This document shows, piece after piece, positions 10,813-21,166 of a stretch of 64,000 nucleotides of DNA. Both the position numbers and the translations under genes were made by a program. Numbering within the stretch: the first letter of the stretch is position 1; every line of letters starts with the position of its first letter. The notes under the pieces are model-generated. The model was not told where the DNA came from, ran no database searches, and worked only from the letters and a program-made list of their open reading frames with translations. Source of the stretch: Candidatus Micrarchaeota archaeon (GTDB lineage Archaea; Micrarchaeota; Micrarchaeia; Anstonellales; JAHKLY01); assembly GCA_020854825.1 (NCBI GenBank), contig JAHKLY010000002.1, forward strand, positions 175,485 through 239,484. The letters run 5' to 3'.

Positions 10813-11350
10813 ATATAAAACTAATAAAAAAATACTACCGTCACTTTCTTTTTTGTTACCTGTCATCAATGGATATAGAAACGGAATTGGAACAGACCAG
10901 CATAAATATGCCCTAACTGAAAAAGAATTAAAAGAAGGCTGTCTTTTCAAATTAGGAGGTGTTAAAATACCAAATATTAAAGTTCTATCTAATTCTGATG
11001 GAGATGTTGTTTATCATGCATTATGGGATGCAATTTCAAGCGCAATTGGAGGAAGTTCAATAGGAAAAACATACCCTAAAGATAACAGATCAAGTGATGT
11101 ATTTTTAAAAGAGTTAAAAGAAATAATGGATGAACAAGGATATGCAATAAATAATATTTCTATTGTTATTGAATGCACTAAACCAAAGATTTTACCAATA
11201 GAAGAAGAAATGAAAAAAAACATAGCAGAAATATTCAAAATAAACTTAGATCAAATAGGGATTACTGCTAAATCAGGCGAAGGTTTAACAGAATTTGGCA
11301 AAGGAAAAGGCGTTGAAGCAATAGTAAACGTCAGTCTTTTCAGATATTAA
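10796..11350 (+). CDS. ispF: IspF-like (MECDP synthase family) protein
   Basis: GIGTDQH, LGGVKIP, SDGDVVYHALWDA, PKILP, AKSGEGL..GKGKGVEA. Start uncertain. Confidence 0.85.
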   Translation: MGTTYKYKTNKKILPSLSFLLPVINGYRNGIGTDQHKYALTEKELKEGCLFKLGGVKIPNIKVLSNSDGDVVYHALWDAISSAIGGSSIGKTYPKDNRSSDVFLKELKEIMDEQGYAINNISIVIECTKPKILPIEEEMKKNIAEIFKINLDQIGITAKSGEGLTEFGKGKGVEAIVNVSLFRY

Positions 11351-11532
11351 ACAACTAACTTTCTCTTCTTATCCTAAATGTGTAAATGCATGAAAATATG
11401 CGTTTTAACGACGTAAGAGTAAGCTTTAAATACTCTCTCATTTATAATATAAACATAGAAAAAAGGTCTGATTTTAAGATCCAAAAAACAATAAAATAAA
11501 TTAAAAGAAGAGTAAATTTAAGAGGTAAAACC

Positions 11533-13458
11533 ATGGGTGAGCAAACCAAACAAAATAATGAAAAAGCTACTTATAATAATGAAGACTACTCAGCTAAAAA
11601 TATCAAAATTTTAGAAGGTTTAGAAGCAGTTAGAAAAAGACCTGCAATGTATATTGGAGATACAGGAGAACATGGTTTGCATCATTTAGTCTATGAAGTT
11701 GTTGATAATTCAATTGATGAAGCAGTTGCTGGTCACTGTAAAAATATTGATATCGTAATTAAAAAAGATAACTCTATATTAGTTAAAGACGACGGTAGAG
11801 GAATACCAGTTGAACAGCATGATAGTGGAGTTTCAGCATTAGAAGTCGTTTTAACTAAATTACATGCAGGTGGAAAATTTGATAAAGATTCATATAAAGT
11901 TAGTGGAGGATTGCATGGAGTAGGTATAAGTGTAGTTAATGCATTATCAGAATGGATGGAGATTCAAGTTAAAAGAAACGGCAGTATATACTCACAAAAT
12001 TATAAAAGAGGAAATCCTGAAAAACCTGTTGAAATAATAAGTACGGCTGAAAAAACAGGAACACAAGTTAGGTTCAAACCAGATAATGAAATATTTTCAA
12101 GTATGGTTTTTGATTATGATATATTAGCTTCAAGATTAAGAGAACTTGCATTTCTAAACGCAGGAATAAAAATTTCTATTTTTGATGAAAGGAATGAAGA
12201 AAATAAGGAAGTGTTCCAATATGAGGGGGGGATAAAATCTTTTGTTGAATATTTAAATAGAAATAAAGCCCCGATACATTCTCCAGTATATTTCAAAAAA
12301 GAGGAAGCAGAGTATGAAGTAGAAATTGCTTTACAATATACTGATTCATATTCATCAAACATTTTAACATTTGCAAATAATATTAATACAATTGAGGGAG
12401 GAACTCATTTAATTGGATTTAAAACTGCTTTAACAAGAACAATAAACGACTACATTAATTCAAATAATTTAAAAGTAGATAAATTAACAGGTAATGATTT
12501 AAACGAAGGATTAACTACAGTTATATCAGTTAAGGTTCCAGAACCGCAATTTGAAGGACAAACAAAAACAAAACTTGGTAATAATAATGTTAAAGGAATT
12601 GTCGAAAGAATAACAAACGAACAATTAAGATATTACCTTGAAGAACATCCTGCTGAAGCAAAAGTAATGATTGAAAAAGCATTAACTGCATTAAGAGCAA
12701 GAATGGCAGCAAAAAAAGCAAAGGAATTAATCAGAAGAAAAGGGGTTTTAGAAGGTACAATATTACCCGGAAAATTAGCAGACTGTATAAAAAAAGATCC
12801 TGATAAATGTGAAATATATTTAGTTGAAGGAGATAGTGCAGGTGGTTCAGGAAAACAAGGAAGAGATAGAAATTTTCAAGCAATTTTACCATTACGAGGA
12901 AAGATATTAAATGTTGAAAAAGCACCACTTGATAAAATACTAGCAAATAATGAGATAAAATCCATGGTTAAGGCATTTGGAACTAGTATAGGAGATGACT
13001 TTGATATTTCTAAATTAAGATATGGAAAAATAATTATAATGACTGATGCCGACGTTGATGGTGCACATATTAGAACTTTAATTTTAACTTTCTTTTATAG
13101 ATACTTAAAAGAATTAATTGAAAAAGGTAATATATACATAGCAAATGCACCTTTATATAAAATCAAAAAAGGAAAATTAACAAAATATGTTTATTCTGAT
13201 GAAGAATTAAATTCTGTATTAAATGAGATTGGAGAAAAAGGTGCGTCTCATCAAAGATTTAAAGGATTGGGAGAAATGAACCCTGAAGAACTTTGGGAAA
13301 CTACTATGAACCCAGAAAACAGAATTTTAATAAAAATAACATTGGATGATGCAGCATTAGCAGATGAACTATTTACTATACTCATGGGAACTGAAGTTGA
13401 ACCAAGAAGAGAATTTATTCAAAAACATGCTAAAGAAGTTAAAAATATTGATATTTAA
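11533..13458 (+). CDS. gyrB: DNA gyrase subunit B
   Basis: VRKRPAMYIG, EVVDNSIDE, EGDSAGG, PLRGKILN, MTDADVDG, KGLGEMN. Confidence 0.98.
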   Translation: MGEQTKQNNEKATYNNEDYSAKNIKILEGLEAVRKRPAMYIGDTGEHGLHHLVYEVVDNSIDEAVAGHCKNIDIVIKKDNSILVKDDGRGIPVEQHDSGVSALEVVLTKLHAGGKFDKDSYKVSGGLHGVGISVVNALSEWMEIQVKRNGSIYSQNYKRGNPEKPVEIISTAEKTGTQVRFKPDNEIFSSMVFDYDILASRLRELAFLNAGIKISIFDERNEENKEVFQYEGGIKSFVEYLNRNKAPIHSPVYFKKEEAEYEVEIALQYTDSYSSNILTFANNINTIEGGTHLIGFKTALTRTINDYINSNNLKVDKLTGNDLNEGLTTVISVKVPEPQFEGQTKTKLGNNNVKGIVERITNEQLRYYLEEHPAEAKVMIEKALTALRARMAAKKAKELIRRKGVLEGTILPGKLADCIKKDPDKCEIYLVEGDSAGGSGKQGRDRNFQAILPLRGKILNVEKAPLDKILANNEIKSMVKAFGTSIGDDFDISKLRYGKIIIMTDADVDGAHIRTLILTFFYRYLKELIEKGNIYIANAPLYKIKKGKLTKYVYSDEELNSVLNEIGEKGASHQRFKGLGEMNPEELWETTMNPENRILIKITLDDAALADELFTILMGTEVEPRREFIQKHAKEVKNIDI

Positions 13459-13461
13459 GGT

Positions 13462-15927
13462 GTGAAAATGACTGAAAAAGAAATTGAAGAAACTATTATT
13501 CCAAAAACCATAGAAAAAGAAATGAAAAACTCATATATGGAATATGCAATGAGTGTAATAGTAGGTAGAGCATTGCCAGATGTAAGAGATGGATTAAAAC
13601 CAGTTCATAGAAGAGTACTATTCGCTATGCATGAGTTAGGAAATACACATGATAAACCATATAAAAAATCAGCAAGAATAACTGGGGAAGTAATGGGTAA
13701 GTTTCACCCCCATGGAGATCAAGCTATTTATGATACAATCGTTAGAATGACACAGAATTTTTCATTAAGATATCCATTAATTGATGGGCAAGGTAATTTT
13801 GGTTCAATTGATGGAGATAATGCTGCTGCAATGAGATATACTGAAATTAGAATGAATAAGATATGCGAAGAAATGGTAACAGATATTGATAAAGAGACAG
13901 TTGGCTTTGTACCTAATTTTGATGGTACACTTATTGAACCTGTTGTTTTACCTTCAAAAATACCTAATCTTTTAATAAATGGATCATCTGGTATTGCAGT
14001 AGGCATGGCAACAAATATACCCCCACATAATTTAACTGAAGTTGTAGATGCACTTACTGCTTTTATTGATAATCCAGAAATCGAATTACACGAATTAATG
14101 CAAATTCTTCCTGGCCCTGATTTTCCAACAGGAGGTAAAATTGTAGGTAAATCTGGAATTTTAAGTGCTTATTCAACAGGTAGGGGAATTATTTCTATAA
14201 GAGGAAAAACAGAGATACTTGAAGACAATCACACTATTAAGATAGTTGAATTACCTTATCAGGTTAATAAAGCAGAATTAGTTAAAAAAATTGCTCATTT
14301 AGTTAGATTAAAAAGTATTGAAGAAATTTCAGATATTAAAGATAAATCAGATAGAACTGGAATGGAAATAGAAATAAATTTGAAAAAAGGTTCTGACCCA
14401 AACGTTGTATTAAATAAATTATATGTTAAAACTGATTTAGAAAAAGTTTTTGGAATAATAAATCTAGCATTAGTCAATAATGAACCAAAATTTTTAAGTA
14501 TAAAACAGATGCTTAGAGAATTCATAAGATTTAGGACTGATATTGTAACTAAAAGATGTAAATTTGAACTTAAAAAATCAGAAGAAAGACACCATATTTT
14601 ATGTGGCCTTATAATTGCATTAGAAAATATTGATGAAGTAGTTGCATTAATTAAAAAATCAGATAATCCTCAAAAAGCGAGAGAAGAATTAATTATAAAA
14701 TACCTATTAACTGAAATTCAAGCAAATTCTATTTTAGATATGAAATTAAGTAGATTGACAGGCTTAGAAAGAACTAAAATAGAAGAAGAGCAAAAGAGTT
14801 TAGAAGAAAAAATAAAAGGATTAAAAGAAATTTTAGAAAATAAACTAAAATTGTTAGAAATAATAAAACAAGAGTTAGAAGAAATAAAAACTAAATATGG
14901 AAATAAAAGAAAAACAGAACTATTAGAAGATGAGGAAGATATTGTATTAGAACAATTAATACCTCATGAAGAATCAGTTATAATAATAACACAAAATGAC
15001 TATGTTAAAAGAATATCCTTAGACGAATATAAAACTCAAAAAAGAGGAGGAAAAGGTATGATTGCAACTGGAACAAAAGAAGAAGACATAGTTAAAGACG
15101 CAATTATATGCGATACTCATGATTATTTGATGTTTTTCTCAAACAAAGGAGTAGTTAGATGGATGAAAGCATATAGAGTACCTCAAACTATGAGATATGC
15201 TATGGGAAAACCGATAATTAACTTATTAGAAATGGAAAATGAAGAAAAAATCCAGTCTTTAATTAAAGTATCCAATTTCTCAGAAGCAGAATTCTTAGTT
15301 ATGACAACTAAAAAAGGATTAATAAAAAGAACCTCCTTAGAATCATTTAGCAAACCAAGAAAAGGAGGGATAATAGCTATTAAATTAACGGATGGGGATG
15401 AATTAATTGATGTTAGAAAAACATCTGGTAATGATGAAATATTCATAGCAACTAAAAATGGATTTGCGATACATTTTGAAGAATCACAAATACGAGAAAC
15501 AGGACGAGTTGCACAAGGAGTAAGAGGGATTAGATTAAGAAAAGAAGACGAAGTAGTAGGTATTTCAATAAATATTTCACCTGTTGTTTTGACAATAACT
15601 GAAAACGGGTTTGGAAAAAGAACTCTACTTGAAGAATATAGAAAACAAACAAGAGGAGGAAAAGGAATAATCAACATTCAAACAAAAGGAAGAAATGGAA
15701 ATGTAGTGGGAATACTTGCAGTTAATGATAATGATGAAGTAATCTTAATCAGTTCATCAAGTAAAATAATTCGAATGCAGGTTTCAAATATTTCAATGGT
15801 AGGGAGAAATACAAAAGGAGTTCGCTTAATGAGATTAGATGAAAATGAACAAATTACAGCTATCGCACATATACCATTTAACGAAGAAAAAAATGAAGAA
15901 AATACTAATATAACTGAAACTCAATAA
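13462..15927 (+). CDS. gyrA: DNA gyrase subunit A
   Basis: RALPDVRDGLKPV, HPHGD, catalytic AAMRYTE, GyrA-box QKRGGKG, pinwheel CTD repeats. Confidence 0.98.
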   Translation: MKMTEKEIEETIIPKTIEKEMKNSYMEYAMSVIVGRALPDVRDGLKPVHRRVLFAMHELGNTHDKPYKKSARITGEVMGKFHPHGDQAIYDTIVRMTQNFSLRYPLIDGQGNFGSIDGDNAAAMRYTEIRMNKICEEMVTDIDKETVGFVPNFDGTLIEPVVLPSKIPNLLINGSSGIAVGMATNIPPHNLTEVVDALTAFIDNPEIELHELMQILPGPDFPTGGKIVGKSGILSAYSTGRGIISIRGKTEILEDNHTIKIVELPYQVNKAELVKKIAHLVRLKSIEEISDIKDKSDRTGMEIEINLKKGSDPNVVLNKLYVKTDLEKVFGIINLALVNNEPKFLSIKQMLREFIRFRTDIVTKRCKFELKKSEERHHILCGLIIALENIDEVVALIKKSDNPQKAREELIIKYLLTEIQANSILDMKLSRLTGLERTKIEEEQKSLEEKIKGLKEILENKLKLLEIIKQELEEIKTKYGNKRKTELLEDEEDIVLEQLIPHEESVIIITQNDYVKRISLDEYKTQKRGGKGMIATGTKEEDIVKDAIICDTHDYLMFFSNKGVVRWMKAYRVPQTMRYAMGKPIINLLEMENEEKIQSLIKVSNFSEAEFLVMTTKKGLIKRTSLESFSKPRKGGIIAIKLTDGDELIDVRKTSGNDEIFIATKNGFAIHFEESQIRETGRVAQGVRGIRLRKEDEVVGISINISPVVLTITENGFGKRTLLEEYRKQTRGGKGIINIQTKGRNGNVVGILAVNDNDEVILISSSSKIIRMQVSNISMVGRNTKGVRLMRLDENEQITAIAHIPFNEEKNEENTNITETQ

Positions 15928-16057
15928 AATAGTGATTAATTATATAAATCTATGAATGACCTATTACTTTAAAATACTATGCAAACTATGAATAATCGAC
16001 TTATAACTATCCTATTGTGAGTCACACATGCCATTAGGCAAATGTGGGGTGAAGTAT

Positions 16058-16174
16058 ATGAAAATTAAAATATGGGACCCAGAAGATGATGACTTCGAAG
16101 ATGATGAAGACTTTGAAGACGATGAAGAATGGGACGAAGAAGACGGCGATGAAGACTGGGATGACGAAGAATAA
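16058..16174 (+). CDS. 38-aa hyperacidic peptide (absent from ORF track)
   Basis: GGGGTGA RBS, then MKIKIWDPEDDDFEDDEDFEDDEEWDEEDGDEDWDDEE*. Synonymous codons vary. T-tract follows. Confidence 0.7.
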   Translation: MKIKIWDPEDDDFEDDEDFEDDEEWDEEDGDEDWDDEE

Positions 16175-16256
16175 ATCTCAAAAATAATAAGTAAATCTTC
16201 TTTTTCTTTTTTATTTTTTAATAAACTTTAAAAAATAGTATATTTATAATACATTT

Positions 16257-16670
16257 ATGAAAAATTATCAAAAGCAATTAAAAATAGAAAAAATTGTAAC
16301 CTCAAAAGGAAAAATATTAAAATATTTTTTTGATGGTATCTCAGTAGAATCTGAATTTAATATCTTATTTTTAAAAAGACAAATATTACATATATTAGAA
16401 CCAGATAAATACCTTAAACCAATAAAATTTAAAATAGGAATATTCGGGAAATGCATTACTATTTTTGAAAGAAACTTTGATCATCAAATATGGTGCCCAG
16501 ACTATTGTTTACCCACTACAAATAATTTAAATCAAAAAATTGAAAAAATACAAAATCCATATACTCAAGATGATCTTTTTAGATTGATTGATGAAATATA
16601 TAAACTACAAAAACAATTAACCTTTGAAATACCAAATTCATTTGGAGACCCACTAACATCTAAAAATTAA
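16257..16670 (+). CDS. Hypothetical protein
   Basis: 137-aa ORF between a T-tract and the next promoter. No motif. Confidence 0.5.
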   Translation: MKNYQKQLKIEKIVTSKGKILKYFFDGISVESEFNILFLKRQILHILEPDKYLKPIKFKIGIFGKCITIFERNFDHQIWCPDYCLPTTNNLNQKIEKIQNPYTQDDLFRLIDEIYKLQKQLTFEIPNSFGDPLTSKN

Positions 16671-16719
16671 TACTATTTATTGAATTAAATTCATTTTGAC
16701 CAAAACCTTTTAAATAATT

Positions 16720-16735
16720 ATGAATATATATTCAT
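16720..16735. promoter_or_regulatory. Perfect 16-bp palindrome, candidate DUF134 operator
   Basis: ATGAATAT-ATATTCAT directly after TATA-like TTTTAAAT upstream of an HTH gene. Confidence 0.55.
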
Positions 16736-16772
16736 TATACAAACCAGTTATTTCTGGTATGGAGGTAGTTCG

Positions 16773-17252
16773 ATGGTAAGACCAAGAAGATGCAGACGTG
16801 TAAGATGTGAACCAAATGTAGATTATTTTAAACCATCTGGAATACGCGTTCGTGATACTGATATAATAAACTTAACAGTTGATGAATTTGAAGCAATTAG
16901 GTTAGTTGATAATGAAAACATGGAGCAGATAAAGGCTGCTCAAAAAATGGAAATATCACAGCCTACTTTACATAGATTATTATCTTCAGCACATAACAAA
17001 ATCGCTGATGCACTTTGCAATGGTAAAGCAATCAAAATTAAAGGAGGTGAATATATGATAGAAGAAAAAGGAGTTCCAAAAAGAGACGGCTCAGGAAAAG
17101 GAATAAGAAAGAATAGGGGACGAGGAGGATGTAATCCTACACAAGATAAAAATGCAAGACAAGAAACAGACAGAGGACCTGGTAGAGTTCTTGGAAGAGG
17201 ACAAGGACCTTGTGGAAGAGGATTAGCAAACAGACGTGGAAGAAACAGATAA
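16773..17252 (+). CDS. DUF134 (UPF0251) HTH protein with Gly/Arg-rich DUF5320-like tail
   Basis: MVRPRRCRRV..YFKP, DEFEAIRLVD, AAQKMEISQPT. Tail PKRDGSG...GRGQGPCGRG. Confidence 0.88.
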   Translation: MVRPRRCRRVRCEPNVDYFKPSGIRVRDTDIINLTVDEFEAIRLVDNENMEQIKAAQKMEISQPTLHRLLSSAHNKIADALCNGKAIKIKGGEYMIEEKGVPKRDGSGKGIRKNRGRGGCNPTQDKNARQETDRGPGRVLGRGQGPCGRGLANRRGRNR

Positions 17253-17267
17253 TTTCTGTTTCTTTTT

Positions 17268-18377
17268 TTACCCAAAAATCCTGCCCCAAAAACCTTGATC
17301 TTTAATTGTATCTTTTGAAAATAAGTCTTTAAGCGCATCTTTTTGCGCACTGTCTAATTTAGTAGGTGTATGGACAATTACTTTTACTATTAAATCACCG
17401 TGGCCTCTGCTTCTTATGCGAGGCATACCTTCACCTTTAAGAATAAATGTTTCATGTGTTTGTGTTCCTATAGGTATTTTTAATTTCTGTTTCCCGTTTT
17501 GCAATGTTGGAATTTCTATTTCATCTCCTAAAGCTGCTTGTCCAAATGAAATAGGTATTTCTAATATTAAATCATCTCCGTCCCTTTTAAATAAGTCATG
17601 TGGTTTTACATGAATATGAATATATAAATCTCCAGATATATCTTTTGCATAATCTCCTTGCCCTTCTAATCTTAAAGTTGCACCATCAAATATTCCTTTT
17701 GGGACGTCTAATGTGATCTTCTCTGTTTTTCTATCTCTTCCTATTCCATCACAATTTGAACATTTATTTTTAATTATAAACCCTTTCCCTCTACAATTAG
17801 GACACGCACCTGTTGATACAAATCTCATCCCTCCAAAATTTCTTGCTTGTTGAACCATTCCTCTTCCATGACATGTTGAACATGTTTCTTTTCCTGTTCC
17901 TCCTTGCCCTTTACATTTTTCACATTTAACTGCATGTCTTAATTCAAATTTCTTCTTAACTCCTTTAGCTGCTTCTTCTAAAGTTACTTCTAAATATGTT
18001 TCTAAATCAGCTCCTCTTTCAACTCTTCTTCCACGTCCACCAAAAGCTGAACCAAATAAATCTGCAAATGAATTAGAGCCTCTACTACCCATATTTCCAA
18101 AACCAAATTCTCTAAAAATATCTTCAAAATTAAAATGTCTGAAAATATCTTCCTGGCTGAATTGCTGGTGGAATCCTTCATCACCATAACTATCATACAT
18201 TTGTTTTTTCTGCGGGTCGCTGAGAACTGCATATGCTTCGCTTAATTCTTTGAATTTTTCTTGATCTCCCCCTTTATCTGGATGGTGCTTCATAGCCATT
18301 TTACGATAAGCTTTCTTAATTTCATCAGTACTTGCATTTTTTGATACTCCTAAAATTTCATAATAATCTTTTGACAT
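17268..18377 (-). CDS. dnaJ: Chaperone DnaJ
   Basis: J domain with HPD, G/F region, four CxxCxGxG repeats. Confidence 0.97.
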   Translation of the reverse strand: MSKDYYEILGVSKNASTDEIKKAYRKMAMKHHPDKGGDQEKFKELSEAYAVLSDPQKKQMYDSYGDEGFHQQFSQEDIFRHFNFEDIFREFGFGNMGSRGSNSFADLFGSAFGGRGRRVERGADLETYLEVTLEEAAKGVKKKFELRHAVKCEKCKGQGGTGKETCSTCHGRGMVQQARNFGGMRFVSTGACPNCRGKGFIIKNKCSNCDGIGRDRKTEKITLDVPKGIFDGATLRLEGQGDYAKDISGDLYIHIHVKPHDLFKRDGDDLILEIPISFGQAALGDEIEIPTLQNGKQKLKIPIGTQTHETFILKGEGMPRIRSRGHGDLIVKVIVHTPTKLDSAQKDALKDLFSKDTIKDQGFWGRIFG

Positions 18378-18721
18378 TATTTAACCCCCAAAACTACTAA
18401 AGCAAAAATAAAAAAAATTAATCCAAAAATAAATGATACAATTGTATAAAATTCTCCTTTTCTAACCAAATAACAAGGCACCATAGACCAAATATGGGCT
18501 TTTTCATTTTTTTGTATTGCAGCCCAATAGGATAATTTAAATAAGTTTTGAGAAAATAATAAACATAATACTACTAAACCTTCATAAGGAACAAAATCAT
18601 AAATCCATTTATATATTCCAATAAATAATGCGAATAAAATAAAAATTAAAAAATCATATTTTAACCACCATGGATCGTCTTTATTAATAAAAATATTAAC
18701 TATTTTATTTTTTAATTTCAT
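18377..18721 (-). CDS. Small membrane protein
   Basis: Three hydrophobic segments. Stop overlaps the dnaJ start. Confidence 0.6.
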   Translation of the reverse strand: MKLKNKIVNIFINKDDPWWLKYDFLIFILFALFIGIYKWIYDFVPYEGLVVLCLLFSQNLFKLSYWAAIQKNEKAHIWSMVPCYLVRKGEFYTIVSFIFGLIFFIFALVVLGVK

Positions 18722-18730
18722 TTTTTAACC

Positions 18731-19165
18731 TCATAAATTTTTTCTCATTAGATATTTTGCTGTTTCAAACCCTAATTTTTCATAGAATTTAACTGCGCGC
18801 TCATTTTCTGTACTTACATCCAACGTTATTTCATCAAAACCTTGTTCTTTAGCTTTTTTTTCAATATCTTTCATAAGCGCTTTACCATAACCTTTTCCTT
18901 GTTCTCTTTTATCTATTATAACACTGGATATATAAAGTCTTCTTCTTGGACCCATGTATTTTGGTTCTGTTTTAATAAAACCAATAATTTGGTTGTTGGC
19001 ATCAGATTCTAAAACATAATAATATTTTTTAGAATTTTGTAACTCTTTTTTCAACTGTGTCATAAATTTATCTTTATCAAAAACAATAAAACAAGGATTG
19101 CTTGCTTCATTTAAAAATAACTTACACGCAGCATCCCAGTCTTTTATTTCAGCTCGTCTTATCAT
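18731..19165 (-). CDS. GNAT acetyltransferase
   Basis: QGKGYGKALM acetyl-CoA motif and NERAVKFYEKLGF. Confidence 0.9.
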   Translation of the reverse strand: MIRRAEIKDWDAACKLFLNEASNPCFIVFDKDKFMTQLKKELQNSKKYYYVLESDANNQIIGFIKTEPKYMGPRRRLYISSVIIDKREQGKGYGKALMKDIEKKAKEQGFDEITLDVSTENERAVKFYEKLGFETAKYLMRKNL

Positions 19166-19263
19166 CTATTCATCTCTTTTTTTCCATTTTTTCATTATGC
19201 TCTTTATTTTCACTATTTTATTTTACTTGTTTTCCTTATCCTAATCCTCTTATTATTTTATTA

Positions 19264-19318
19264 TTTTCTTTCTTTTTCGTTAACGTTTTTCTTTCTTTTT
19301 TGAAAAGAAAGAAAAAGG
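19264..19318 (-). repeat. Y-R1-N8-R2 inverted plus mirror repeat element just after the dnaK stop
   Basis: Sense: CC T5CT3CT4 CAA A4GA3GA5 CGTTAACG A5GA3GA4. Same layout as in four tRNA introns. Confidence 0.75.
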
Positions 19319-21166
19319 TTATTCTTTTGTAAAATCTGCATTTATTGTATCATCTGTACCTTGTGCATTTTGTTGATCTTCTGAAGGAGCTTGTTGTGCT
19401 CCTGCTTGTTGTGCGCCTTGTGCTTTTTGATATATTTCTGATCCTATCTTTTGTAATTCTTTTGTTAATGCTTCTGTTTTTTGTTTTATTTCTTGTGCAT
19501 TTTCACTTGATTGTACTTTTTTAACTTCTTCTATTTTTTCTTGTATTCTCTTTTTAATATCTTCAGGTATTTTATCTTTATATTCATCTAATGTTTTTTC
19601 ACTTGAATAAACCATTGATTCCGCTTCATTTTGCGCTTCAATTAATTCTTTTCTTTGTTTATCTTCATACTCATGTACTTCTGCATCTTTCATAGCTTTT
19701 TCAACATCTTCATCATTCATTTTGTGTGGTGCTGTTATAGTAATTTTTTGTTCTTTTCCAGTACCCTTATCTTTAGCAGAAACATTCAATAACCCATTTG
19801 CATCTATATCAAAAGTTACTTCTATTTGAGGAACCCCTCTTGGTGCTGGTGGTATACCAGTTAATTGGAAATTACCTAATTCAATATTATCTTTTGCTAT
19901 TGCTCTTTCCCCTTGGAATATATGTATATCTACTGCAGGTTGGTTATCTGCAGCTGTTGAAAATATTTGACTTTTCTTTGTAGGTATAGTTGTATTCCTA
20001 TCAATTAATTTTGTAAATACTCCTCCCATTGTTTCAATACCTAAGGATAAAGGAGTAACATCTAATAAAACTAAATCTTTAACTTCACCAGATAATACTC
20101 CTGCTTGAATTGCTGCACCCATTGCAACACATTCCATTGGATCAATACCTCGTTCTGCTTTTTTACCTACAAAATCTTCAACAAATTTTCTTACAATTGG
20201 CATTCTTGTTGGTCCACCAACCAAAATAATTTTTGTTATTTGATCTGGGGATATTTTAGCATCTTGTAATGCATTATGTATAGGTTCTTTACATCTTTGA
20301 ACTGTTGATTGAACCAAACTTTCTAATTTTGCTCTTGTTAATTTATGTTGAAAATTAACAGGTTCATTATTTTTCTGAGTTAAAAATGGTAAATTTATAT
20401 CAGTTTCAACTACTGTTGATAATTCTATTTTAGCTTTTTCAGCTGCTTCTTTTAATCTTCTCATTGCAGTTGTGTCCTTACTTATATCTACTCCTTCTTT
20501 TTTATTTAGATCTTCAAGTAAATATTTTACAATCGATTCATCCATGTCTTCTCCACCTAAATTAGTATCACCATTTGTTGAAATAACTTCAAAAACCCCT
20601 TCGCCAAAATCCATTATTGTAACATCTAATGTTCCACCACCCAAATCAAAAACTAAAATTTTATGGTCTTGATCTGCTTTGTCTAATCCAAAAGCTAATG
20701 AAGCTGCTGTTGGTTCATTAATTATCCTAACTACATCTAATCCTGCAATTTTACCTGCATCTTTTGTTGCTTGTCTTTGATTATCATTAAAATAAGCTGG
20801 AACTGTAATTACTGCTTTTTCAACTTTATCTCCTAAAAATTCTTCGGCATCTTTTTTTATTTTTTGTAAAACAAATGCAGATAACTGTTGAGGAGTATAT
20901 TCTTTATCTCCTAATTTATATTTATGATCCGTACCCATTTTTCTTTTAAATGCAGTAAATGTCCTATCTGGATTTGTAACTGCTTGTCTTCTTGCAGGTT
21001 CGCCAACTAACATTTGATTATCTTTTGTAAATGCAACAATTGATGGAAATGCTTTTCCATACATTGTATTACCTTCTGCACTTGGTATTATCTTTGGTCT
21101 TCCGCCTTCTAATACTGATGCTGCGCTGTTTGATGTTCCTAAATCTATTCCTATTATTTTACTCAT
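19319..21166 (-). CDS. dnaK: Chaperone DnaK (Hsp70)
   Basis: [37 protein letters not shown]. Confidence 0.98.
   Translation of the reverse strand: MSKIIGIDLGTSNSAASVLEGGRPKIIPSAEGNTMYGKAFPSIVAFTKDNQMLVGEPARRQAVTNPDRTFTAFKRKMGTDHKYKLGDKEYTPQQLSAFVLQKIKKDAEEFLGDKVEKAVITVPAYFNDNQRQATKDAGKIAGLDVVRIINEPTAASLAFGLDKADQDHKILVFDLGGGTLDVTIMDFGEGVFEVISTNGDTNLGGEDMDESIVKYLLEDLNKKEGVDISKDTTAMRRLKEAAEKAKIELSTVVETDINLPFLTQKNNEPVNFQHKLTRAKLESLVQSTVQRCKEPIHNALQDAKISPDQITKIILVGGPTRMPIVRKFVEDFVGKKAERGIDPMECVAMGAAIQAGVLSGEVKDLVLLDVTPLSLGIETMGGVFTKLIDRNTTIPTKKSQIFSTAADNQPAVDIHIFQGERAIAKDNIELGNFQLTGIPPAPRGVPQIEVTFDIDANGLLNVSAKDKGTGKEQKITITAPHKMNDEDVEKAMKDAEVHEYEDKQRKELIEAQNEAESMVYSSEKTLDEYKDKIPEDIKKRIQEKIEEVKKVQSSENAQEIKQKTEALTKELQKIGSEIYQKAQGAQQAGAQQAPSEDQQNAQGTDDTINADFTKE

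Noticed and set aside
11533-15927. Inteins or introns in gyrB/gyrA
   Set aside because: Lengths (641 and 821 aa) and motif spacing are normal.
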